NCBI GenBank assembly: GCA_964016885.1
Contig: OZ024757.1
Span: 19,344,001-19,408,000 of the forward strand
Direction: 5' to 3'
Source: Eledone cirrhosa
Taxonomy: Eukaryota
Length of the DNA: 64,000 bases
A program made the position numbers and the translations under genes. Of the stretch, positions 12,867-26,406 are shown piece by piece. How positions within the stretch are numbered: the stretch's first letter is position 1; each line of letters starts with the position of its first letter. Under the pieces are notes generated by a model. It was given only the letters and a program-made list of their open reading frames with translations, was not told where the DNA came from and ran no database searches.

Positions 12867-13407
12867 AGAGTGGTGGATTGACAGTATCGGTAGAGCTTTG
12901 TGGCATATAGTTATGTCCCTTTACATTCTGAGTTCAAATCCCACCAACGTTAGCTTTGCCTTACATCCTTATGGAGTTGATAAAATAAAGTACCTACCAG
13001 TAACACACATATCAAAATCTCATAGATTCAAAATTATGTGAGGTAAAGCCTTTACGATGAAAAAACAATAGTATATATATAGAGTAGTGTAAATGCTAAA
13101 GTGTTAAATTGATGTTTGGAAAATAACTTAACCCATTTGTTACCATATTTCTGCCAATGATTTTTATATAATCAAGACTTTCTAGAGATTTTAGTATCAA
13201 AACTAACATTCTTTTTATTAAGTTGATGTTTGGAATATAACTTAACCCTTTTCTTACCATATTTCTAATGAAAGACACCGCCTATTAATGATTTTAAGGC
13301 TTTCCGGAATAGAACTAACTTTATCATTATCTAGTTAAAGTTTGGAGCTTAACAAATGTTATTGCATGAAATTACAATGAAAGGTTTTAAGATAAATATA
13401 AACACTT

Positions 13408-14132
13408 TAACCCTTTAGCATTTACATAACTCTATATTTGCTATTATATTTTCATGGTAAAGGCTTTAACTCGCATAATTATCTTTCGTAATATTGAATC
13501 TATAAGATTTTTATATTATCCATTTTGAGGACGATACTTTAACATCAGTATGAGCAGCTGGTTACAGCCAGTTTGAACAGAAAGAGGTGAGCGAATTCTG
13601 GCTGGATACGGCCAGTTTGAATGCTAAATGGTTCTTTACCATTTACATTACTCTATATATACTATTATATTTACACAATAAATACTTTACCTAACATTAT
13701 ATTGAATCTATGAGATTTTGATATTATTTATTTTAAGAACAATACCTTAACGCCAGTATGAGTGGCTAGTTACGGTCAGTTTGAACAGAAAGAGGTGAGA
13801 AAATTCTGACTGGATATGGCTGGTTTAAATGCTAATGGGTTAAATTAAAATTTGGAACTTAACAAATGTTCTTGCAGGAAATTACAATGGATGGTTTTAA
13901 GTTAAATATAAACACTTTAACTCTTTAGTGTTCAAACCGGCCAGAATTCTGTACCTCTTTCTTTTGAAACTGGCTGTAACTGGTCACTCAAACTGATGTT
14001 AAGGTATTATTTTCAAAATAAATACTTTCAAAATCTCATAGATTCGATATTATGTGAGATAATTATGTGAGGTAAAGCCTTTACCATTAAAATAATAGTA
14101 TATATAAAATAATGTGAATGCTAAAGGGTTAA
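13408..14132. mobile_element. Cluster of about three piggyBac-type MITE copies (TTAA CCCTTTAGCA...TGCTAAAGGG TTAA)
   Basis: Termini ttaaccctttagca (13408), aatgctaatgggttaa (about 13843) and atgctaaagggttaa (14132); the copies share internal sequence. Confidence 0.7.
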
Positions 14133-14588
14133 AATAAACAGCTTTGTATTTCAGTTTCGTGAGGTTTGATATCAGGAAAAGGTGTCAAAGAGAAGCAACC
14201 ATTTTTCTTTTTAACCTTTTTCTTCCAAAGATTAATCTAAGAATATTCTTCAACAACAAAGAAAAATCATTCACAGAGATTTATATTTTACCCAGTCGAA
14301 ATCTCTTTCTGACATTTCGGCATTTTTCTTTTTTTTTTTTTTAAAAAAGAAATTTCAATCATCAATTCCTTTTTTTTGTTAGTTTATTTCTCCCAATTCT
14401 TTCCCCCAAAACAATTTTGCCGAAGCCTAGAGTTCTTGAAATATTCTCTCAATGTCAAAATAATATTTTACTTCACAACGATGATGATGATGATGATGAT
14501 GATGATGGTAGTGATGATGATGATGATGATGGTGATGGGGGTAATCATGATGATGGTGGTAATGATGATGGTGATGATGATGATGGTG

Positions 14589-14620
<32 letters not shown>

Positions 14621-15337
14621 AATCTCAAAGAGATGATAGTTATCTCAAAGAAGATATTTCTCAAAGATATTAAGAATTCTTGTCTTGTCTTGTCTTGAAA
14701 TATTTTCTCCTCTCCTCTCCTCATACCACCACCACCACCACCACCAATCTTCTTTTCTTTTCTATTCTATTCTATTCCTTGTTTTCTTTCAGAGGACATC
14801 AAGTTTATTGAATTTGAAGAATGCCACAAGAATTCTCTTTCCTCCTTTGCCATCTTCTTATTACTTCTTCTTCTTACTCCTCCCACCACCACCACTACTG
14901 TGTCTTTGACAATCAAAGCTCTCAGTTAATTCTATAGTATATTTAATCAAGCTACATTTATTGTTTGTGCTAAATTCTTCCTTCCATCCGTCTTCCTTCA
15001 TATTTACATTCGTTTTCTTCTTTTTTTTTAGTATATTGAATTGTTGAAATTTGTTGTTGTTGTTTTTCTGTTTTTGTTTTGTTTTGTTTTTTGTGAGTTG
15101 TTTGTTTTTTTGTATATGTTTAACTTCTCTTTCAATAAATATTTCATTACTAAAACTGCCTGAAACCAGTTCTTGTTCTCTAAGAAACAAAACCATCCAT
15201 TTTAAAGAGTTATTATTTAAATTCAAATCTCCCAACCTCATTTTATATAAGATCCATATTTTAAATAACTATCTTATACAATGAAATTATTGTATAAGGA
15301 AAGAATCGATACGGCAGATTTTATAGGCTAAGCCAAC

Positions 15338-15602
15338 CAGAGGTAAACGATGAGACCAAAGGGTAAACCATGACACCCAGTGGTAAACCATGAGACCCAG
15401 AGGTAAATCTTGAGACCCAGAGGTAAACCATGGGACCCTGAGGTTAACCATGGGACCCAGGGGTAAACCATGAGACCCTGGGGTAAACCATGGGACCCTG
15501 AGGTTAATCATGAGACCCAAGGGCAAACTATGGGACCCAGGGGCAAACCATGAGACCCAGGAGCAAGCCATGAGACCCAGAAGTAATCCATGAGATCCCG
15601 AG
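15338..15602. repeat. 20-bp minisatellite (~13 copies)
   Basis: ggtaaaccatg(a/g)gaccc(a/t)g(a/g) repeated. Confidence 0.85.
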
Positions 15603-16021
15603 GTTGCAACACAACAAAAAAGCACCCAGTACACACTGTAAAGTGGTCATGTAGGTGTCACAACAAAATGCACCCAGTACTCACTGTAAAGTGGTATTGT
15701 AGGTGTCATGACAAAAAACATCCAGCCCCCACTGTAAAGTGGTCATGTAGACATCACGACAAAAGCATTCAGCCCACAGTGTGAATGAGGTTGGTGTTAG
15801 GAAGGGCATCCAGCTGTAGAAACCAAGCCAAAAGTAACACTATGAGCAAGGCGTAGTCACCTGATCTGGTATTTCTCACAACAGGACAACTCGTCTAACC
15901 CATGCTAGCATGGAAAAATGGACTTTAAATGGTGATGATACCCATGCAAGCGTGGAAGATGGACGTTAAATGATGATGATGATGATGATGATGATATATA
16001 AATATATATATATATCATTCA

Positions 16022-16470
16022 TTCATCATCATCATTTACGTCCGCTCTTCCCTGCTTGCAAGGGTGGGACGGGTCTTATTCAGCACAGCATCTCTCCACT
16101 TGTCGCGGTCCTTCGTCATCTTCACTGTGAGCTTCAGCGATCTGAGGTCTGTTCTCACCACCTCCGCCCATGTTTTTCGTGGTCTACCTCTACCACGTCT
16201 TCCTTCAACTGGCATTTCCTGGCACTTCTTCACCCATCGGTCATCCTCCATGCGCATCACATGTCCATACCACCTCAGTCTCCTCTCTTGCACACTACAT
16301 TCTTTCCCTCTCAGACACAGTTTCTCTCTCAACACATTCATGCTGGGTCGTTCACGCACATTGACATTGCACATCCAACGGAGCATGCTTGCCTCATTTC
16401 TCTCCAGCCGTCGCATATCCTCTGCAGTTGCTGCCCATGTCTCACTACCATGCAGCATCGTGCTCCTCAC
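16022..16470 (-). mobile_element. RTE LINE 3' fragment
   Basis: STMLHGSETWA...RLERNEASMLRWMC...LRWYGHVMRMEDDRWVKKC...GRRGRGRPRKTW...DRDKWR, followed by a (tga)n tail. Confidence 0.9.
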
Positions 16471-17206
16471 ACATATATATTTATATTGTAGTACAAACTT
16501 GGTATAAATATCCAAGGATGTAGAGCACTGATGAGTCCACTATATATATAATTATTATTAGTACAATAATAATAAATATTTGCTCTATGGGTTTATATAT
16601 ATAACATAGAAATTTAATTAAGTTTAGATACCTTACAATGCATTGAAAATTAAAGGTGCCAAAATACCATTGGAATATTACCTTACCAAATTTAATTATT
16701 CCAAATATGTTATCCTTATATATATATATTTTTTTTTCTGAGTATGTGTTGGTTGTTTACCGACACCGCAGTATGCAGGTTGTAGCACTCAACGAAGTGC
16801 ACAGGTTGGTTTGTTCACTCTGGAGTAAGGTAAAATAATTGTTTCTACGTTAGGCACAAGGCCAGCAATTACCCAGTGCATTACTGGCACTTTATTTTAT
16901 CGACCCCGTAAGGATGAAAGGCAAAGTTAACCTCGGCGGGATTTGAACTCAGAATAGCAAGGGCCATAGCTCTATGCTGGAAAGCATGGCGTCCGACCCT
17001 CTACCGATACTGCCAATCCACCGTAAAATAATATGTGTAAGTCAAACACATTAAAGTTGGCTTCGTTCATTCTAATTCGCTGCTATATATATATATTTGA
17101 GTTCCTTTGAGGACTAACAACACACCCAGGAGCTGGACATATCGATGAATTGACAGAGTAGAACACCTTACAACACCATGTTTTCATGTTTTTTCTTCCT
17201 TAATCC

Positions 17207-17265
17207 TTACTGCCTGATGAGGTCACAGCCATTAATGACTGTCACTGAAATATATATAACAGCGA
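17207..17265 (+). ncRNA. Type I hammerhead motif, degenerate, same family as 39948-40004
   Basis: ttactgc-CTGATGA-ggtcacagccatt aatgactgtcact-GAAA-tatata-TA-acagcg. Confidence 0.55.
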
Positions 17266-18144
17266 ATTAGAATCAACGAAGCTGACTTTAACATGTTTGA
17301 CTTACACATATTATTTTATATATATATATATAAATATACAAAGTAAAACCTACTACAGTCAGTAGGCATCTCTAACAAAATACACCCCCGTCCCACCACC
17401 CCCACCCCATCCACACCGCCCCTTTCAATGTAAAGTTATGTTGGTGCCACAACATCCAGGCCGAAACAAATGAGATCGTGTAGGTGTCACGTCAAAAAAA
17501 CACAGTTCACACTGTAATGTGGCCGTGTAGGCAACACGGTAAAAACCTCCCAGCCCCACACTGTAAATGTGGTTGGTGTTAGGAAGGGCATCCAGCTGTA
17601 GAAAACCCGCCAGACAGTCCTATGCGAGCAAGATAACCACTCTTGCCTCAAGTGGGAAAACCCTCCGTCCAAACCCATGCAAGCATGGAACACGGACGTT
17701 AAACGATGATGATGATGATGATGATATAAAGAATCAAAAAGAACAGAAAGATGCAGTAAAAGAGATTTATTCGGTTCTAACGTATGTTTCAATAGACATC
17801 AATTTGCCTAGATCTCGCTGCATCTATATTTTGATGTCTATTGAAACGTACGTTAGAAGCGAATAAATCTCTTTTACTGCATCTTTCTGTTCTTTTTGAT
17901 TCTTTATACACGCCCCGGAGTATAGCTAAACTGGAATATACACCTATTTTCTGTATTTCGTTGAGCAGCACTCTGTTGTAAGCTGACCTTCTCCTACACA
18001 GTACATAACACTGTGTCCTGGAAAACCTTAATGCACTCGTGCATAACCAATTATATAAATATATATATATATATATATACAATCCTTATCGATCCCTCTT
18101 TGGACTTTGGTCTTCGAATTATTATTACTATATATATATATATA

Positions 18145-18505
18145 TCATCATCATCATCATCATCATTTTATGTCCGCTTTTCCCTGCTTGCAAGGGTGGG
18201 ACGGGAACTGATTCTGGTTTGATTTCTACAGCTGGATGCCCTTCCTAACACCAACCTCATTTACAGTCAGTGCTGGGTGCTTTTTTTTCCGTGGCGCCTC
18301 CACGTCCACTTTACAGTGAGTGCTGGGTGCATTTTTTGCTGTGGAATGATAGGGACCCCAGTCCCTATCATCTCATTTCTACAACTCAGTAAACTGGAGC
18401 AATGTGAAATAAAGTGTCTTGCTCAAGGAAACAATACATCACCCGGTCTGAGAATTGAACTCACAACCTTTCGATTGCAAGACCAATGCTCTAACCACCT
18501 AAGCC
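18145..18505 (-). mobile_element. CORE-SINE copy just upstream of the RasGAP terminal exon
   Basis: Same sequence as 52147-52484 and 62030-62374. Confidence 0.85.
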
Positions 18506-18648
18506 AGGAAGAGCAGATAAGAGCATAAGAGGGAAGAGCAAATAATATAAAAATTTACTTAATATATTCTCAGCACCTAAAAAAAGCTGGAAAAAATTCA
18601 GCTTCGTACATTATTTGTTTTAAAACAATGTTTTTATTCTCATTTCAG

Positions 18649-18904
18649 CTTGATAGGCTTTGAAGATGAACTTCGCAGAGAGCACAGGGAAATTGAACGT
18701 CTCGCATGTGAGAAACAGATGGTTATTGAGGCTCAGGAGCGGCAAATACACACCTTGGACAGCACCAACAACAAATTGATGTGTGCTCTAAATCAGTTGA
18801 AGGAACGATGTCACACTAATACCAATCCTCTTCGTAACGGCCTCACCTCTCAGTCCCAGCCCAAAGTCCCAGATTTTAAGGAGTACAGAAGCAGTGCCTG
18901 CTAA
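18649..18904 (+). CDS. RASAL2/DAB2IP: Terminal coding exon of a RASAL2/DAB2IP/SynGAP-family Ras GTPase-activating protein (C-terminal coiled coil)
   Basis: Acceptor tttttattctcatttcAG (18647-48), phase-2 start, then LIGFEDELRREHREIERLACEKQMVIEAQERQIHTLDSTNNKLMCALNQLKERC...RNG...EYRSSAC*. This aligns by eye with the recalled RASAL2/DAB2IP C-terminus (LMAVEEELKKDHAEMQ...KQKIIDAQEKRIVSLDSANTRLMSALTQVKERY...RNG...EFKNSSC). TAA at 18902-18904. Upstream constitutive exons were not found in the window. Confidence 0.9.
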
Positions 18905-19090
18905 GTTTAATGAAAAAAAAAAAATAATAATAATAATAATAATAACTAAATATAACAAACAAACAAACATCAAAAAAAAAAAAAAACAATACCTAAACTA
19001 AACTAAACTAAAACAAAACAAACATCAATCCAAGAGAAAAACAAATGAAACAACAAAAAAAAAATGGGATTACAGATTTTTTCTTATTAC

Positions 19091-19121
<31 letters not shown>

Positions 19122-19209
19122 ATTATTATTATTAGCAAATTGTTTTGTGTGTGTGTATTATGTAAGTGCATCTGTATACATATAAGCATGCATGTATGTG
19201 TGTGATGCA

Positions 19210-19261
<52 letters not shown>

Positions 19262-19365
19262 TCTGTGTGTATGTGTATATTTATTTATATATATATATAA
19301 TATATACATACTTATGTGTGTGTATGTGTATAGATATATATACACGTGCATATATGCATGTATAT

Positions 19366-19407
<42 letters not shown>

Positions 19408-20606
19408 GCATATATGCACGTGTGTGTATATATGTAGATATATACACGTGGATGTATATATATACATACACACACACATTTATGCATGTGTCTGTGCATA
19501 AGCATATACATACATATATGCAAGAGTGTATGCATGTATACACACAACACAAATGGAAATTATGTACGCTTGTTAACCTGGTATGCATATATGTATTTTT
19601 CTCCCTTTTATATTCATTACATCGTTACTACGAGAGGGTTATTGTACACGATAAAGGAAGAGTTTGTTTAGGAGAACTCACTGAACTGAAATATGCTAGC
19701 ATGGCCACGGCACCATGACTATCTACAAGTAAACACTTTTTTTTTGGGGGGGGGGGTATTTTTTTTCCCCCCCTTGTAATTCATTATAAATTATCAAAAA
19801 AAGAAACATTCATAAATTACATGACAAAAGAAAAAAAAATAATAAACCCCCATCCCTCACCCCTACCAAGTGGTTTTTCCCTAAAAAAAGGCAAAGAAAA
19901 AATTTCTAAATTAATTTACTCTTCTGTTGCCAAGTTTCTAATGGAAGAAGCTGCCCTTCCTCTCCCTTATCCATATTACTAAGAATTTGGGAAATTTTAG
20001 TAATAACTTAACTAAATTTTCTCATTGTTAAGTTGGTGTTTGGAACATAACTTAACAAAGGTTCTTTACATGAAATTCTGATGGATGGTAGTCAGATAAA
20101 TATGAACTGTTTAAAAATATAAAAATATACAGTTTTCTACAAGAAAACAAAGTAGGGGATGGATGGTTTTAAGTGGGTTTGGTATGAAAAAAATGGTTAA
20201 ATCTCCCTGGTTTGCCCTAATTGCTCTGAATAGGGTCTTCTGACAATTCCTTCTTCTTTATATTTAAAACCGTTAACTCTGACACACACACACACACACC
20301 TCCCTCCCTTCCATCCACTAACCCCCCCCCCCCCCCGTGTCTGTTGACCCTATCCCCCGCCGCTGCCTCGGTTCACTCTATGTATCGTAATACGTAGTCA
20401 CTGTGTTGAATACTGCGGTACAGACAGCGCAAGAATTGGATAAATTTAGCAGCTATCTGAAACAGGTGATAGAGTTTCAGTCCTGACCCCTGGTTTTAAA
20501 AAGAAAAATTTCACTTTATGTTGCTAAAACCCCCCCTGGGAAAGGCATAAACATCACAAAATCTTATTTCCTCATCTCATCGTGCTTGTGTGTGTGTGTG
20601 TGTGCA

Positions 20607-20646
<40 letters not shown>

Positions 20647-20658
20647 TGTCTGTGTGCT

Positions 20659-20694
<36 letters not shown>

Positions 20695-20906
20695 TATATA
20701 TATACACATATATATATAATAGTAATAAGTATAGTACCAGGAATATATATATATATATATATAATCAGTTCCCGTATGAGCAGAGCAAGACACGGTCAGC
20801 CGACCGGACACTGCCCACAACAGGACAACCCGTCTAACCCATGCTAGCGTGGAAGAACAGACGTAAAACGGTGATTATGATGAGGATGATATATATATGC
20901 ACATAC

Positions 20907-20955
<49 letters not shown>

Positions 20956-21959
20956 TATACATGTATGTATGTGTGTATATATATATAGCTCTCTGAGCCC
21001 GACCATGCCAGTCTAGAGGACCTATATAAATGTGACAAGAAATGTAGACAGTGATCAAGGTGGAAAGATTTGTCATTAAGAAGATTGAGCATCCACCCAA
21101 CCAGCCACCCCTCTCCTGACTTCCTATCCTGGTTGGTATGGGACTCGCTTCATTTGACACTGTCGGTAGTCAGTTACGTTGCGATAAAGTTGTGAATATC
21201 ACAAAGAATCTCGCTTCATTTATGTTGCTGAATACATTGGGAATGGCATGAACCTCACCACAGCCCATCTTCAACTATACTAAGTATACAATAAGACCCC
21301 TATCAATTGTTATCCCTAATTTGGAGATTTCTTGAAAAAAAAGGGGGGGGGGGGTTTCTCCACAATTTAAAGGGGAGAAAAAAATATAATTTAAAAAAAA
21401 AAAAGAAACGACTACTAAAAATGAAATATAATTTCTAACTATAAAAATGGAGAGTCTTGCTTAATCTTCTTGGTACTGTCGGAGACATAAGTCACCAATA
21501 GAGTAGTCTCCCTTAATAGATGAAGCAGTGTTAAGGGAAGCAATTCATAAAATAATTCAGCGTTCTAAAGGTTAAGGTCACAATATATGTGTGTCTCAGC
21601 CTCATTCCAGGAATTGAACCCTCCCCTCCATAACCATATGATTGTATGCCCAACACACACACACACTCACCACCCAGCTACATGTCTGATGAATTCTGGG
21701 CTTATTTTTAGAGAAATTACTTAGAAAGTGAACTAAAATTGCTACAGCTGGACTGTCTTTTTGTTTATGTTTGTTAAACTGCTGGTGATGGTGGTGGTGG
21801 TGGTGGTTCTGGTTCTGATGGAGGGGAGGGGGGTAGTGTTGGTGTCCATCTTCAACCCTCTCCATAGATAGACAGACACACAAACACACACTGTTGTTAT
21901 AGTGAAGCGTTCATACCTGCGATATAATTTGACATTGAAACTACATCTCCTTATTTAGT

Positions 21960-22003
<44 letters not shown>

Positions 22004-22196
22004 ACCAAGTAGGACCCCGACGGCAGAGCTCAAGCCGTTTCGACGGCTAATTCTGGACTAGAATTAGCTGTCGAAATGGCTTGAGCTCTGCCGTCGGGGT
22101 CCTATTTGTTCCTATTACCCACTCTACTACCCTAAGTATTGAGTACTTTGGTGCGTTATGGTCCATCTGGTTCCTTACCACATTTCCTTCGTTATA

Positions 22197-22237
<41 letters not shown>

Positions 22238-22293
22238 GTGTGTGTGTGTGTGTGTTTGACCACATGCATATTCACATGCACCATATATCTATA

Positions 22294-22325
<32 letters not shown>

Positions 22326-22556
22326 AATAATTAGGGAACAAAGAATCAGTGTTGCATCATATACATATTTAATTACATATTACATATGTTTCATTGCCGA
22401 TCAGCTCAAGGGACGATTGATTATGTTTGTTCCTGACTCTGGAATCTAAATCTCCTCAGATATGTGTTCTCTTATGTAGACTCACCTGTGTTTGTGTTTG
22501 TGCATAGAACAATAAAAGCAAGACAGACGTGAGAGGTAGGTAGTTAATTAGATCAT

Positions 22557-22688
22557 TGTTTTACGACAGTTTCACAGAGTCAATCGATTGTGGAAGATCA
22601 ATGTATCGACTATCATGGTTAGTGGTTAAGTTACTACCTATTTCTAGTCTCGAAATTCCTGTTTAATCGACTGCCCTCTTCAGAAACA
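22557..22688 (-). ncRNA. Type I hammerhead motif with a ~70-80-nt insertion in loop II
   Basis: tgttt-CTGAAGA-gggcagtcgatt...aatcgattgactctgt-GAAA-ctgtcg-TA-aaaca. Confidence 0.55.
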
Positions 22689-22741
22689 CTCGTTATCAGC
22701 CCCTCTACAACCAGGTGGAATACAATATATATATTTATATA

Positions 22742-22985
22742 TATATTTATTAAAATAACAGATTAAAGTTTAAGCAAAGAATCGCTGCTTTCACCCTTAA
22801 CAGGATCTTCAGTTTCAGAAGATCCCGTTAAGGGTGAAAGCAGCGATTCTTTGCTTAAGCTTTAGTCTGTTATTTTAATAAATATTTGCTCTAGGGTTCT
22901 TATATATTTGATATATATTTATCTTTATTGAGCCCTCTTTGGATTTTAGTCTTCACATTTATTATTATTTTTATTATTATTACTA
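22742..22985 (+). mobile_element. Penelope-like terminal repeat with an inverted 5' segment (family copies at ~39700-39886, 57605-57705, 5922-5995, 18083-18130)
   Basis: ~68-bp inverted arms followed by ...gagccctctttggattttagtcttcac; embedded in (TA)n; hammerhead-like CTGAAGAtcc..gggtGAAA. Confidence 0.55.
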
Positions 22986-24369
22986 TATATATATGTATAT
23001 AGTGAAGGCGTGTGGCTGAGTGGTTAGAGAATTGGATTCGCAATCGTAAGGTTGTGAGTTCGACTCCTGGACCAGGCGATGCGTTATGTCCTTGAGCAAG
23101 ACACTTTATTTCACGTTGCTCCTTCTACCTGGAGTTGCGACCGATAGATAGTATTAGCAATTGGAAAGACCAACGGAAACATTGTTCCCTCGGTCCGATT
23201 TGACGAAAGTCGATCGTTCCTTTTTTATATATATATATATATATAAACACATACAGATATAGGTTGTATGTGCGTGTATTGTATATGTCTGCCTATGATC
23301 CACCATAAATATATATGTGTGTATATATATATTGCATATTTATGACTACATACATAAACACATGCACCACCATCATCATCATCATCATCATCATTTAACG
23401 GCCATTTTCTCCGCTAGTAAGGGTCGGGACACATGTCAGACCAGTTAGTACTTAGGAGCCCGATATATGATCACACATCCGATCAGGGTATGCATATGTC
23501 TGTGTGTATATATATATATACATATATATGAAAAAATTTAGGACCCCTACAGCTAAGCTCCGGCCATTTCCCCAGCTATATATATATATATATATTTGTA
23601 AATAAATCATAGGGGTGTTGAGTGGATCAAAATTCTTAGAATATGTTGAAAACTTTCAAACACAGAAAATAACTGTAAACCCAGTCGATTGCTATAAATA
23701 ATAGCTATTATAACCAACTGTGTTTACAGTTATTTACTGGGGTTGAGATGTTTCCTACTTTTTCTTGCACATCTGAGCTCAGGATGCAGTGAAGAAACCC
23801 CCGATATATTATTTGCTTCGGAATGTGATTGCATGGCGCTCCCCCATAACACCGATATTTACCACTGACGAACTCATTGTCTGCGCTCTAAACTACCAGC
23901 ATGCACCTGAGAAATGCAGATTCCGTAAAATCATTGAGTGAGTAGAAAATTCGGCGGGTTAGTACAAATTAAATTTGTCTAGTTCATTATACATATATAT
24001 ATATATATATATATAATATTTAATATAGAAATAGTTTCTACAGGACTAGAACTGTTTCATTTGAAGGAAAGCATATCCATTTAATGGTAGAGGCACAAAA
24101 GCAAATGCAATTTTCCGATGCTTTCTATAAACAGATGCCACGTGGGCGTATAATTCGCTTCGGAGCACATCATAGTTACAACATTAACATTAACAGTCAC
24201 ATTAACATATTGTCAGGTTGTGATCTCTCTCTAAATACACTGCATGAAGGACTCATCTTCTGGTTAACATATTGACTTGGCTGGACATGGCTCAGCAAAT
24301 CTGTACTTACAGTGTGTGTGAAAACCACACACTGTAAGTTTTAGTTGGGGGTGGGGCACTGGACAAGAC

Positions 24370-25145
24370 AGACTGGGCATGGATCAGTGATTTTAAGGGC
24401 TGCAGTAAACAGATTGAGCATGGATCAGTGACTTTAAGGGCCGCAGTAAACAGACTGGGCATGGATCAGTGATTTTAAGGGCTGCAGTAAACAGATTGAG
24501 CATAGATCAGTGACTTTAAGGGCTGCAGTAAACAGACTCGGTATGGATCAGTGATTTTAAGGTCTGCAGTAAACAGATTGAGCATGGATCAGTGACTTTT
24601 AGGGCCGCAGTAAACAGATTGGGTATGGATCAGTGATTTTAAGGGCTGCAGTAAACAGATTGAGCATAGATCAGTGACTTTAAGGGCTGCAGTAAACAGA
24701 CTGGGTATGGATCAGTGATTTTAAGGGCTGCAGTAAACAGATTGAGCATGGATCAGTGACTTTTAGGGCCGCAGTAAACAGATTGGGTATGGATCAGTGA
24801 TTTTAAGGGCTGCAGTAAACAGATTGGTCATGGATCAGTGATTTTAAGGGCTGCAGTAAACAGACTGGACATGGATCAGAGAGTTTTGCTACTGGACATG
24901 CATCAGTGATTCTAAGGGATTGACTAAATAGACTGTATGTGAATCAGTGGTTTTCGGGACTGGGCATGGATCAGAGAGTTTTGCTACTGGACAAGACTGA
25001 CTGGACATGCATCAGTGATTTTAAGGGCTTCACTAAACAGATTGGATATGAATCAGTGATTTTAAGGGCTGGACAAAACAGACTGGGCATGACTCAGTGA
25101 GTTTTGCTACTGGACAAGACTGACTGGGCATGGATCAGTGATTTT
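24370..25145. repeat. 41-bp minisatellite with an alternating (82-bp dimer) pattern, degenerating 3'
   Basis: tggatcagtga(t/c)tttaagggc(t/c)gcagtaaacaga(t/c)tg(a/g)gca. Confidence 0.9.
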
Positions 25146-25934
25146 TGGTGACAGAAGATTAAACATGGGTCAGTGTGCTTTTGTCCAATATGATGATGAT
25201 GATGATAGTGGGGTGTGTGTTTATGGATGTTGTCCATATTTTGCCCTATAGGTCAGCGCTGACCTTAAAGCAGACCCAAGATGAAAGGCTCTCCAGTTTT
25301 TTTCCCCATCTTAACCTCTTTGTATATATATATATATATATTATGTACGACTACCATTGCTTGTCCAATGGGTCCTCTTCTTGGCATAAAGACAGTAGGG
25401 TGCATGAATTGAGGGCATCTTAGCTGGTATTTCTTGCATAGAGGTGAGGTTTGAAGTCATTATTCGAGCAATTGTAAAATCCAGGTATTAAAAACAACAA
25501 CAAAACTAACAAAAAAAAAAAGCGTTATTTAAAACTATACACAATACCAACATAATGATAATAACAGTAATAATAATAATAATGCTTTGAAATTTTGCCC
25601 CCTCCCCCCTCTCCTGTTCCTTGCTCCTCCTCCACTCTGTCTTAAAAACAATTTCTGGGTTATATAAAATGTATCCAGAGATATTTCAAATAAACTTTCA
25701 ATTGAAAGTGTTGGTATATATGCATATATACATATAGGAATGCATTTGTGTGTGGAGTTTTATTTTTATTTTATTTTATCTTATTTATTATTATTATTTT
25801 TTTTTTTTTTTGGTTTATTATTTTTTTAAATTCTATAATTGATATTATTTTTATTGTTGTTGTTACGATTATTATTATTATTATTATTATCATGAATTTC
25901 AATCAAAGTTTTGATTGAAATATATATGTGTAAG

Positions 25935-25970
<36 letters not shown>

Positions 25971-26309
25971 TATATAATTGTTTCTACTTTTGGCACAAGG
26001 CCAGCAATTACCCAGTGCATTACAATGAAAGTGCCGAAGCACAGAAATGCTATAAAGATAGCTTATAGAAATAGGATGAAGACCCTTAAAAGACGGAAAA
26101 AGAAGTTGCCATTGATCGCTATGAGGAATTAAACCCCCATATCTTCCAATATATATATATGATATGTATGTGTATATAAATATATATATATATATTATAT
26201 ATATATATGATATGTATGTGTGTATATATATATATATATGATGTGTATATATATCATTTAAATCTGTTTTTTGAAAATTCTTCTCTACTGTTCCACTCCT
26301 CAACAATCT

Positions 26310-26344
<35 letters not shown>

Positions 26345-26406
26345 TACATACATATAGATACAAACAAACACACACATGCACATACATACATGTATACAAT
26401 TTACAT

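Noticed and set aside
23003-23125. tRNA gene
   Set aside because: The tRNA-like head runs directly into a CORE domain, so it is a SINE fragment.
23855-23965. Hammerhead candidate CTGACGA-actcatt...gtgagta-GAAA
   Set aside because: No convincing stem I or stem III pairing; not counted.
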